A stretch of 64,000 nt of DNA, from the NCBI GenBank assembly GCA_043228905.1, contig JBHGNT010000018.1, positions 1,984,001 to 2,048,000 of the forward strand, read 5' to 3'. Of the stretch, positions 21,801-34,537 are shown piece by piece. The translations under genes were made by a program, and so were the position numbers. How positions within the stretch are numbered: the first letter of the stretch is position 1; each line of letters begins with the position of its first letter. The notes beneath the pieces are model-generated. The model was not told the origin of the DNA, did not search any database, and was given only the letters and a program-made list of their open reading frames with translations. The DNA comes from Azolla caroliniana (taxonomy: Eukaryota > Plantae > Polypodiophyta).

Positions 21801-24112
21801 AGCATCATCAATGGAGGTAACAAAATATACATGCTTTCCAAAAGATGGAGTCTTTACAGGACCACACACATCACTATGAACAAGTTGTAATTTTCTTCTA
21901 GTGTGTATATGACTATCTTTTGGAAAAGAAGCACGATGCATTTTTCCAAGAATGCAACCTTCACATGCATGTTTTTCAATGGACTCAAGTGTAGGCAACC
22001 CAATAACCATATCCTTCTTTTGCAAGTGAAGCAAACTATTGAAGTTCAAGTGACCAAAACGAGCATGCCAAAGCTCCATTTCAGCCATGGAAGAAGTATG
22101 GACAGCCAAGGCATTTAGAGAGGCCCTCTTGTATGTTTCCAAACAATACAAGCCATTGCATAATGTACCGGACATCACGATAACATCGCCATTGCTATAA
22201 TCGTGAACCATGCACTTATCATCAACAAAATGTACATGAAGTCCGGCTATGGCAATCAAAGGAACCGAAATTAAGTTCTTCTTGATACCGGGCACATACA
22301 ATACATTCTTTAAGATGACAACACCTCCATTTGCAGCCGAAAGCTCAATTTCTCCTACTCCAATGATAGGATAAGAGGCATTGTTTGCACACACCACATG
22401 TCCACCTTTGGGTGCATCTTTCAAGGATGCAAAGAAACTTTTGCATGAAGTAATGTGCTTTGAAGCACCACTATCAAAGAACCAATTCGAATCAATCTCA
22501 CTTACAACCATACATTTAGAGTGCAATGATGCATCATAATGATATGTAACAACACATGCCCAATAATCTTGGGCCATGTTGGCCTCATCACTCTTTGCAC
22601 TTGAAACATTTTCAGAAATGGTCATGCCGGATTCCTTCTTCTTCTCATTGCGCTTAACAAGCTTTCTACACTCTTCAATCATATGGCCAACCTTTCGACA
22701 ATATTTGCATCTCTTCTTCTTTTGCAAATCACCATCATTAGAGGAATAAGTGATAGAGGGAGGTTGAGGCTTTGGTTTTGAAGAACCAAAAGCTGAACCA
22801 TGATTGCTTTTTCCTTTTTGTGAGATAGCAAGTGCTTGTGTTCCCTCTATCAAACCACTTCTATTCACTCTAGATTGTTCTTCTTGCAAAAGAAGAGACA
22901 CAACCTCATCAAATGCATACATATTGGTATTCCCTTTTGCAACCAAACGAATAGTAGTAGCAAAGCTTTGAAAAGATTCGGGTAATCCTTTCAACAACGT
23001 AGAGACAAGTGATGTATTCGAAATGATTTCATCAATGTTTGCCAATTGCTCTTTCAAATCTTTGATGCGTGTCACATACACATCTACCGACTCATTTTCA
23101 GCCATATATACATCCTGAAGTTGCTTTCTCAAATATGCAACACGTGCTTCGTTACGCACGGCATACAACGAAGCAAGAGTGTCCCATGCTTGTTTGGACG
23201 TAGAGCATGACCGAATATGTGGAACTATATGACGCTTCACAGAAAGTGCAATCAATGCATGAGCTTGAGCATCTTTTCCATCCCATCTAAGTTGCTCTTG
23301 TGTGGGTGGCATAGATGAAGTCACTGTGCTCGAAGATGAACCTGTATTTGTGACAGTATACTGTGAAGTGGTAGGACCGGCGGGGCGCTGATCTACATCT
23401 ACCACTATGTTCCATAGTTGTTTGGCAACAAGAACATGTTTCATCATGTAGGACCACATTGGATAGTTAGTCCCATCAAGCTTATCTTCAGCTTGAAGCA
23501 TGCCAAACAAGTCACCGTTGTTTGCCATTTTACCAAAGAACAAGAAAGTGGCAAAATCTTACCTCAACAAAATCTGAAATGAGTGCTGAAAATGCAGCTC
23601 ACAAACTATCACGCGGATGGCGATTTTGACTACACGAACAACTTCGAAATGGGGGTAAAACAGCAGGGTACCTGCTGAAAATGAGCTCCAAGTGCTGAAA
23701 TACACTTCTCTATATTCGGAAGTTGATTTGCACAGTAAAAAGTGTGCGCGCCGTGATGCCGTGACGCGGACAACCGAAGATGTAGAGGATGAAGAAGTTG
23801 GCTCTGATACCACTGTTGGGTATGTGAGGAAGAGTGAGAAACACACAAGAGGCACACACAAGAAGCTCATACAAAGAAGCACTCACACAAGGAAGACAAT
23901 GGCTGGAATAGCTCTCTCTATTGATGAATGATACAAAAACTAATAGGAGCTAAAATATATATCCCTAAGTACTAAGTACCACCACATATGAGTGACTCAT
24001 GTATGTGGTAACATGGGGAAAAAACCTCTAGCCAGCACTAGAGTAAAAAGTGCCCATGTATAGGGAAAAATGGTTCACATCAAAGCTACTCGAGGAACAC
24101 GTAAGTGTAACA
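18854..24112 (-). mobile_element. Full-length Ty1/copia LTR retrotransposon (5259 bp)
   Basis: 299-bp LTRs at 18854-19152 and 23814-24112 (TG...CA, 4 mismatches). 5-bp TSD ATATT. tRNA-iMet primer-binding site tggtatcagagc (23801-23812, minus strand). Polypurine tract at 19153-19161. Confidence 0.97.
19199..23528 (-). pseudogene. copia gag-pol (gag, CCHC knuckle, protease, GAG-pre-integrase, integrase, RT, RNase H) with stops and frameshifts
   Basis: Motifs CKYCRKVGHMIEEC, FDSGAS, WHARFGH, TPQQNGVAERKNR, YVDD and DSDWAG. Split into several ORFs, for example by the stop at 21501. Confidence 0.95.
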
Positions 24113-25169
24113 ATATTCAAGTGGGTAGGGTATGGGTATATATGCATTATTGCTATTTAATTTGGTTACACATATGATACATGTATGATTTTCTATGGTC
24201 CGCACAAGTAATGCATCCTAGTACCTCTCTAGTCTAATGACAAACCCTTGCCCTTAATGATGCAGAAATTATTTTAGAATGGGGGGGTATATGTGGGAAC
24301 TGAATGAGCTATTTTATTCTAGCATAATATATCCTTTTGCATATGCTCATTGACTAACTTAGGTTTATGTACCTTGAATGGGTCAATGATCCTTGATGTT
24401 ATTTGACAAAGTCAAAACACATGTTTTTCTGAAATGTTAGAGAATGAAGATGGTTGGTAGAATTAATTTGGAACTATTCAGAAAAAAAGCAAGGATTATG
24501 TGCTCCAGATCATTACTATTTGTGACCAAGTACGGAAATCATCATATCATATCATATCATTACGATTCGTATGTTCAAATAACCTTAGTATATTGGAATC
24601 ATCTCTTGACTTTGCTCGATTATGTGTATAATTAATTGTTTGGATTCTCATATTGATAAGCAATGGAATCATCATGGCATTCAAATTACAAAATAATCGC
24701 ATGGACACATGCACAGACACGGACACAAGATGCAGTAGGTCAACTGTCAATGGGATCCACGTGGGCATTTGACAGCATCCAAAATTGCGACAAAGCAATT
24801 TATTTAGGAAAAAGAAGAAAATGATAAATTTTGTTTGATTAATCAGCATAATCGTTGATCAGTTCATCATCATCTTCATCTTCTTCTTCCTCCTCTGTTT
24901 CAACAGTTTCTCCTCACATGCATTCAATTCACATAAATGGAAGAGCGGAGTACTTGATCCTAACCCTGACTCCAGCTCTAACCCTGACCCTAACCCTAAC
25001 AAAGAGTAACCTTTTCCTTTCTTTTACCTAGCTCAGAACTGAAGAACCATACCCTATTATCGGTGTTATTTTCTCTATCATAGAAGAAACTCCTCAACCC
25101 TATATCCTGTTAGGTCTTATATTAGTGCTGCCCCCACCATAACCTTGAATTCAATAGCACATTCAAGTG

Positions 25170-28100
25170 ATGGAACACCCCCTGTTCCATCTCTTCTTCT
25201 TCTTCCCCATCACTCTATTTCTACAGAGAAGCGTTGCACAGTCCATGCATTATCCTCCACTCTGTGATCTCTTGACGTTTGAGGATGTAGATAAACTCCA
25301 GGGCTCTCATCATTACCATAGAAGCAATCTCCTTTTGCAAGATTCGGCAGCTCGGCGCAATCTTGCAGGGGAGAATTCTACCTGGCAAACTCTCTCAGGT
25401 AAAAAAGAAGCTCCAGGCTTTCCATAGTTCTCAGCTAACCTTACAAGTCCATGTTTTTCTTCATTGTCTCACATTCACAGATGAAAAGGAAGGTTTTCCT
25501 GTAAGAATTTCTACTCTATGTTATATCCTAGAGATGATGATTATGTTATATGTGCATGTACGTCTTAGAGAGGTTATATAATGAACTTTTATATGTGTAT
25601 ACTGGTTGTAACGATCAAATCATCTACGCAATTGTAGAGAAACACACTACACACTATCACATATTCCTACCAGGCACACATATAACACGCCTTCACACAC
25701 GCGCACACATATCGACCTGCCTAAATGCCTGTACTTGTAGAGGAGTAATTCCTTCTGTACTGTTACAGAAGCTATTCTATCATTAGTTTTTATTGCAAGG
25801 AATTAAAATTAACGTAAAGATTACGCTTGCTATTACAAAAAGAGTATGCATAAACCTACCTATAATACAACCAACATAGATGCAGAAACTTAGTCTTACA
25901 ATGTTTATTTAGACTTGATAAATATATTTGTTCGAAGCTTCTTGGTTATTACTCTAGCCATGTTGGCTATGAAGTGAACATACAAAATAGGGCAAATTTC
26001 ATTTACAATATAATTTTGTGGATATTTTCTAGGTTCACCACCCCTTTTAGTATCGCGTGGCGACAATGGGATTTTTCCAGATCAGACACGCCTTGCTTAT
26101 GCAATTGCAAAGAGTTATGGTGTACCCAGTTCAAGTGCTTTTTTATGCGATGTGCAGATAACCATGGATAATGTCCTTATATGCCGCACGGGATTAGATC
26201 TAGCTTCCAGCACCACTATCAACTTAACACTACCAAACTTATATACCAAGTTTGATGTCAATGGACAAACTGTGTCTGGATTTTTCTCCATTAACCTCAC
26301 CTATGATCAAGTTGCAAATAACATAACAGGTCTTGCTCTCTATTTTTGCATTTAAATAACGAAAAAGATCTTGATTTTAACAATGTAACTAATATGATTA
26401 GTCCTGATCAAACAAGATGTTAATACAGAGAGTCAAATAATGTAATTAAATAGACTAATCTTTAATCCTGATTAAACAAGATGTTAACACAATGCTTTTC
26501 TTGTTGACATGCCAGCCAAACAAGCAAATCCTGCACGGCGATCACCATTTACACGCCCAATCCTTAAGCCTGATTTAGCATACAACTATACTAGTGGGCC
26601 ATTGTGGATAAACGTTGAGGTTATACTCTAGTCCTTCAATATATCATACTTTGCATCGTGAATAAATCTATGTATGTACATGTACATGACATACGTGTGT
26701 ATATGTGTTGTGTGAGAATCTCATACCTGTTCGCCCGTTGTCCAGTATCCAACCTTTTATTCGCAGAACAACTTTGATGTGGGTAGCGCCATAGCTTCAT
26801 TGCCACCAGTTACCCCTATTGCTTACCTCTCCTCACCAGAGGTTGGGTTTTTGAAGGATGTGCAAAATAATTTAACGAATTCCACCGAGTTTATACTCAA
26901 GTTCTGGACAAAGGATGAGATAGAGCCAAGTACAAAGCAGAGTTATGGGTCTCTATTAAACAATCTTACTTCCATTTCAAGCTATGCATCAGGGATCTTG
27001 GTTCCCAAAGACTATATCTGGTCAGTGAACAATGATTCTGGCTATTTGGTATCTGACAGTGGACTGATTTCTAAAGCTCATGATGCAAATCTGGCTATAT
27101 ATGCCTACGATTTTGTCAATGAACTGATTCAACCATCCATTTATAACTATAGCTTCAATCCTGTTCTTGAATACCTCCAATATGCACCCTCAACAGGTCC
27201 CAATGTGGATGGATTTTTCACAGATTTTCCAATTACTGCATCAAAGGCCCTAGGTAAATAAAATAGTGCAGTTCCACTTAAAATTTCCCAATTCGTGATT
27301 CTGGAATCAGAAAAGCACTAAAGTTACTTGTATTGTTTTAATGCAGCATGTTATAGGAGTATTCCATCTGTGAATCAAACAGGTAAAAAGGAAAAGATGG
27401 TTATTAGAGTGAAATCATTTGTGTTTGATCAAAGGCAAAACATGAGTGAAATCATTTGTGTTTGATCAAAGGCAAAACATGAGTGAAATCATTTGTCTTT
27501 GATCGAAGACAAAACATCAAAATAACCTGAATTTGTTGGATATTTATTATGGAGAAGAATTACCACACCATCCTAGAAGAGGGGGTATCCTGCTAATGGC
27601 TGAAAAATTCTAGGGGGTATGCTCGTAAATATCCCAAAAGTTGGGGTATCTTGGGGTTTCACCGTTTATTCGATGCTATGCTCTTCTTGCTATTATGTAA
27701 CGTTACTAATTTTTTTAACACAGGAAAGCAGCCCCTGGTCATTTCTCATGGTGGGGCTAGTGGTGATTATCCTGGTTGTACAAAGCTCGCATATGAAGGT
27801 GCAGTGAAAGGGGGGGCTAACTTTATTGATTGCCCTATACAGATGACTCAGGATGGAGTGCCCATATGTAGGGGATCCCCTAATCTGCTGAGTAATACTG
27901 ATATTGCAGCAAATAGTGATCTTTCTAGTCGTGTTTCTTCTTTTCCGCAGTTGAACCCCCCAAAGGGTATTTATACTTTCAACTTAACAGTGAAAGAAAT
28001 CCAAAGCTTGAAAGGTATTATGCACGTGGATTGTTTATATCCTGAATCACAATGTGAAAGCACTGCCTTTATTCACATTACGATGATAACAAATTACAAT

Positions 28101-29751
28101 CCTCTTGTTCATGACAGCAACGATGGATAATTCTGATTTCGAAGGATATCCTGTGCAGCAGAATACTGGGTATGATGGCCAAGAAGGCATCTTAACGTTT
28201 GTAGAATTCCTAGATTATGCCAAAGATCTAAGTGTCAACATCCTTGTTGACATACAGGTATCCTTTTATTTATAACATTCTCTTCTTTCATTGAGAGATG
28301 AACACCCCCTATCAATTGAAGATTTGAAGCATTACATGGCCTCATGCATTTGTTCTCACTGAAGTGGATATTGATTGTTTGAAACAGAATGGTTACTTTC
28401 TGGAAACACAAGTTGGTATCGATGTCATTGGAAAAGTACTTTCAGTTCTCTCTAATGCAGGGTTAAAGTCGGACAGAGTTGTGATCCAATCTGAAGATAG
28501 TGCTGTTCTTAAGCGTATTAGTCAGACCAATAACTACACATTGGCGTATAGGGTTTTCGAAACTAATGTCACAATCACTACAGATGTAGTCACAGAAATC
28601 AAGGCCCTTGCTACCTATGTGACGTTGCCAAGAGCATTAATTCAACCAACATACAATGGTTATCTTTTGAATAATAGTCATGTGGTGGATCAATTCCATG
28701 CACAGAACTTGAGTGTTTTTGTGTCCTACCTTAGAAATATATATATCACTTTACCTAATGAGTATGAGTCGGATCCAACTGCGGAGATTGATACAATGGT
28801 TCAAATTTTCAAAGTAGATGGTCTAATAACCACATCTCCGGCTACAGCAAAAGCTTATTTGAGTAAGCCAACCTCCCTCCCTCTGTCTCGTTTCAATTGA
28901 ATGATGAAATACATTAATAGGACTTCATGATTACAGAAGGGGAGTCTGACCATCCTTCTCCCTGAATAAAAGAATAAAAAGAAAAGAACAAAAACCATTT
29001 ACCTATTCACATATTTGTTCCCATCAGAAATCCAGAGCCCATTTTGAGATAGCTTGTGTTGTTTTTTTAAAGCTTTGTTCTGCATTCATGCATATATAGA
29101 GCATACATGGATATAAATATAGAATGTATGTCTACTGCATACAAATGTATGTGTACAAATTCACCTATATGTGAAAAAGGTATATATATTCATGTATGTA
29201 TGCGGCACATATATATAATTATGGATATGCATTCTCTGAATGTACACATGTATGTTTGCATATGTATTCCCAGCATGTTCATTTTTTTGTACATATAAAT
29301 GTGTGTGTGTGTGTGTGTGTGTACATGCTTGTATATATTATATATTGTACAATGTATACTGTATAATATACATGTATGTTTGCGAGTGGGGGTTCTTCCG
29401 TTTTCTTTTAACATTTGAGTCCAACCACAATTACACTGAGATGTTATTGTTTCAGGCAATGGTTGTTTGAACAACAAGACAGAGTTAGGAGGATTAGGTT
29501 ACAAACCTCCTACTATCACCCTTGGTGAGTTCTTGTCTGGTTATACTCCAGGACCTGGACCCGTCCTTGATGTTGACAAAAATCAAACGACATTACCACT
29601 TTCAGCCAGCCTGAGCCCGACTGCGAGCCCTGATACAACTGTGAGCCCAAGCCCTAATGCAAGTACAAATGGTGCTACTACCACAAATCCCTGTATTGCT
29701 TACATGTCACTCATCATCAGTATCGTTGCTTTTGAATACCTTATGAGTTGA
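25170..29751 (+). CDS. GDPDL: GDPD-like (SHV3/GDPDL) GPI-anchored protein, copy C, 9 exons, ~791 aa
   Basis: Exons 25170-25398, 26033-26329, 26516-26619, 26746-27253, 27347-27382, 27724-28014, 28118-28257, 28388-28862 and 29456-29751, 2376 nt in total (in frame). Same intron positions and domains as copy B. Confidence 0.93.
27407..27517. repeat. 37-bp tandem repeat x3 in GDPDL-C intron 5
   Basis: gagtgaaatcatttgtgtttgatcaaaggcaaaacat at 27407, 27444 and 27481. Single copy in B at ~12371. Confidence 0.9.
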
Positions 29752-31359
29752 TTGTCGTGATGTTGATAACATTTCATCATTCCATAAATAATCCAGAAAC
29801 ATGTGTTTGTAGCATTATGAAAATTCGATGGTTTTTATTATTATCCTTGTCTTATGTATAGAACCTTATAAGATGGGCAATCTTGTTTTTGATTGAGATG
29901 CTTTTTTTGATGCCAAGTATGTTTTTAGTTGACATCAGAGTTTGCCATTGTTGATTCAAATTGAATATTGCTAATGGTCAGAAAAGTTTTAGATAAGGAT
30001 GACATCAAATGTTTTGCACTATGTTACCTATGAGCTTCTTGATCCCCTCAATCACTCCTTGTACGCTGATGTGAGGCTCAAAAAGTATATATGTATATTT
30101 TATAAATGCTAATGCGAAAGTCAAACATTGCTAGATCTTTATGCACACTATAATGGATCCCCCAATGTCTATGGAGGCTTAAAGATGACGAGCTCTTAGC
30201 AATGTCTTAGGATGTTATAAAGAAGGAACTAGCTAGTTTTCTTTATATAATAAAACCCACAAGGCTCCCAAGCCACCACATGTAGGTCCTTATGGGTTTG
30301 TACCAATTCTTAGGATAACTTGTTTCCTAACAATCCTATCCTTAACCATGAATATTAGCTTTAGAATTGGTGCTTAAGGATCCCTATGTAGAGGAGCAAT
30401 ATTGAGGCTATGCAATTTTGTTGCAAACTTGCATGTAATGCCATATTGCAAAATATTTGACCAGTGGTTTAAAAAGACTCACCATCATCATCTATATCCA
30501 TTTTTAAATGGATGGTTTCTAAATCTTGTGTATGTATTTGGGCGAAGACATACAACCATGGCAATTGGACCAGATGGAAGCGCAATGTGCGTCACATGTG
30601 AGACCATATAAGTGTATAGTATAATGACTACTTCAAAGGCAGTTCAAAAAATGAAGATCAAGAGGTCATTGTTGACCAAGCAAAGACCCTTAAAGTAGAA
30701 ATTAGCAAGCTCAAAATTTTGCATGCCATCCATAGGATTTGGTATTTTCATAGGGATTCACTAGTGGGATATTGGAGATATGGTGAAAGAGGAGTGCATA
30801 TCTAGTTAGATGCCATGATTGATATGATATATGACAAGATGTTATATAACTAGGTGAGGCAACTTAAGAAGCAGAGTCCCTTACAAAAGCAACAATGATC
30901 TATAATGAAGTCTATGGGAGACCCTAACAACCATGAATCAAAATTTAATTAAGGTTCTTGGTTATAATGGTTAGTGCCCTTCATTGTCATTTAATATACC
31001 CGAGGAACTATGTAAATTTAAAGAAGAAATGAGAATGCATATTTCAACCATTTCTATAGTTGCTGCTTTGGTGTATTAGGTTTCGCTTTAATGCTTATTT
31101 ATTTAAGAGGTCACTATTATAACCCATTGCTCTACAACAATGCACGTTCCTTTCTTTTCATCAACACATTTAACGTTGTTTGGCCCTTACGCTACAAAGT
31201 CATTTCAATAAATCTTAACACCACCACCGTCATTACACATGACAAAGAAGTTTGGATGGAATGTCGGCATAGGGGCATGTATTCCAAAGATGAGACTTAT
31301 GGTGTTCTGACATCTGGAATTGACAAGCTTATTTGTGGTCGTTGATAGCATAACGTACG

Positions 31360-31908
31360 AAATGAGGTAGTGAGAGGAGTTATCACGTGAGGGAAATTTT
31401 GGGTGTTTCGATATCGTGATCAATGGTAAGGGTTCTCACACTATCGAATTGAATATGATAAGATGAGATGTGAAGAGAGAGCATCTCAAGGTGAGGTAGT
31501 GCGAGGAGTTATCGTGCGAGGGAAAGGCGAGTGTTTCCATAATTGTGACTGATGGTTTTGGGTTCTCACACAATTGAGTCGGGTAAGACAGGATGAGAAT
31601 GCCACACTATTGAGTTGGGTAAGACAAAATGAGAATGTCTCAAGATGAGGTACTGAGAGGAGTTATGGAGCAAAGAAAAAAACCGAATGTTCCATCCAAT
31701 ATGGTGATTGTGGCCCCGATGGTTCTGGTTCTCAAAGAATTGAGTCGGGTGAGGCAGGATGAGAACGTGTGAAGATGAGGAGGTACTGATCTAAGTTATC
31801 GAGCGAAAGATAACCGACTGTTCCGAGATCGTGACCCGATGGATGATGGTTCGGGTTCTCACACTACATCCATCCATCCATCCATCCATCCATCCATCCA
31901 TCCATACA

Positions 31909-31939
<31 letters not shown>

Positions 31940-31950
31940 TGAGTTGGGCC
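31360..31950. repeat. Degenerate ~130-150-bp tandem repeat x4 plus (CATC)n(CATA)n microsatellite upstream of MSRB
   Basis: gaggta.tg..aggagttat...gggttctcaca...gagt.gggt recurs at ~31364, 31493, 31647 and 31780. Microsatellite at 31867-31938. Confidence 0.75.
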
Positions 31951-32138
31951 AAAGACAAAGACAAAGACAAAGATGAGAAGAGAATTAATGTGTTGTCTTT
32001 GTCTCAAAATTTCAATGTACAATTCATTCATTTCCTGGCCTTTAGCTACAGAGCATACAGAGCAGAGCGCTTGTAATCATCACAGATCTCCAACCCCATT
32101 CTTCCCCTTCCTCTTCGCCTCCGCCTCCGCCTCCGACC

Positions 32139-34461
32139 ATGGCCAGTAAAACAGAGGAAGAATGGCGCGCCATCCTCTCCCCAGAACAGTTCAGAATCCT
32201 CCGTCAGAAAGGCACCGAGTAAGTAAAGAGCTTCTTTCTCTCTCTCTCTCAATTGGTAAAAACCCCATTTTTGTTGTAAACCAATTGTTTCATGGTCCAA
32301 TTTTGGTCTTAGAAGACGTTAATATATCTTTCTTTCTTTCTTTCTCTCTGTCCTAGAATCCGTATCTGGTTAAGAGTTCAGAATTGATCTAGTTACCGCT
32401 TCGTACAAGTAACCCAACAAATAGATCTATGGGGTTACTGTAAATGGGTTGTTTTTGTACAGCTAGAGAAAATTATGTCCTGTGTTTTGCATTTGTTTGA
32501 ATCATATCAGATCTTCGATAAGGATATTAGATCATATTAGATCTTTGATAAGGATATTTATGTGTATAAACACATATACTTACACACGTGCACCTATATA
32601 CATGCATACATACTCACGTATACTTATGCACAGACACATCTACTTTTTTCTTCTCGTAAATCATAGTATTATTTGTGGGAAAGCTCAGAGGGACATGAAA
32701 ACCCACAATGAGAATTTGTTCAAGCATGTTAGTTTAGAAACATTCCAGAATCAGATACTAACATAAGTTCGTTTGTGTTTGTTATGTGTCTCAATCTCAT
32801 GAGATACATAACAAAAACAAACGAACTATCAAATGGAAAACTTAAATAAATCAAATTGGATGAACTGTCGAATGGAAGACTTAAATAAATCAAACTGGAT
32901 CACAATCAAATCTATAGAGAATAGTCTGTTCAAGTGGCCATAGAGATGATTTTTCTTGATTGAAACAGCCACAAATAGGGAAAAGTTTCTATTTAGATTT
33001 TGCCACAGAAATAAAGCTTCCTTAAGAGGCAATGGAATCTGCTGCATCCCTTTGACTTGTCATTTGCACCAAGCCAATGTCTTCTGCATATGTCGCACAT
33101 CAGTACAAAATATATACAACCATGATTTGAGCTGTAATCCCATATATGTACCTTGTTGACTAATCTATATCTATATCTATGTCTATGTCTATGTCTATGT
33201 CAATGTCTATGTCAATGTCTATGTCAATGTCTATGTCAATGTCTATATCTATATCTATATCTATATCTATATCTATATCTGTCTCTGTCTCTATCTATGC
33301 TGATTTTTTAATCATATTCTATGCATATGCTGTGTAGTTTGGGTGTTTGATTTGTATTTGATCAATCTATGGAGAGTTTTGGTCAACATATAATTATGGA
33401 TTGATGACATTTGATCAATTGATTGTATACCTACAAAAGGATTTGCAAATATATATCTAAATGTTTTTATTATATAAAATCAATACATGCTGAAATTTGA
33501 CCGGTCTGTTGTATGTGTAGAAAAACATAGACCATTTTTTTAAGACCATAACTGTATAGTTTGATATATCACTGAAATGATGGAGTTCTGACCTCAAGTC
33601 TTGTATTGATACAAGGAATCAGTTGTGATATATTAATGCTAGGTATGCAATGTTATGAAACAATTGCATCAAATCTGAAAAACTCTTCCTGCAAATGTTT
33701 ATGTTTTTACCACTATTTTTGTATATTCCAAAGTGGTTATTGATCATAGAAAGCCCCAAAATAGCAGTGCACATAGACATGTAGAATCAGATTTTTCGCC
33801 AAACAAAAAGGCACCAGAAAACATGCTGTGATAAATTTCAGTAGTTTCAAACAGATTCTCTTGCATAAATGCAATCCACCACATTTGAGAGAAATTTCAG
33901 GTTCAGTCCTGAAAAATACTATTCGACACTGTATAAAAACTTGTTTGTGTCATGAAATCTAAAGGCTATGATACAAACTGAAAGAAGTTGGTGACCCTAG
34001 AAAAACTGGGTGTAGGTGAGTCGGTGAGAAAGAAAGAAAGATATATTAACGTTTACTAAAGGCCAAAACCGTTTCATGAGACAAATCAGGATTACAAGTA
34101 TGGGTGAATTCATGATATCCATATTAAGGGTGAAAGTTTTACTAGTCAACATGGACAATGGGGAAAGTTCCTCATCCATAGACAAGTAACTTCATAAAAT
34201 TTCTATACGAAACAAAATATATAATATGCTCAAAATTTTAAGGATAATAGCAGATAAGTGGTTATATGAGTCAGGTATAGGTACAATTTAGGATGTAGGT
34301 TCCTAATTAGTAGATATCATGATCTAGAAATAAAAATCATATAAAAATATATATAACATGCACTAACTCTCGAGCATTTGATTCTTTCATAACCCTTTAG
34401 TTTTAAGTTACAACTTATACATTTAAAATTGGAGGTACTAGTGAGAAAAGGTAAAGGGACC

Positions 34462-34537
<76 letters not shown>

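Noticed and set aside
23559-23931. ORFs spanning the copia 5' UTR and LTR
   Set aside because: Chance ORFs in non-coding parts of the retroelement.
32043-32138. Possible plastid transit peptide or selenocysteine form of MSRB
   Set aside because: There is an upstream in-frame stop with no ATG, and the catalytic residue is a normal TGT Cys.
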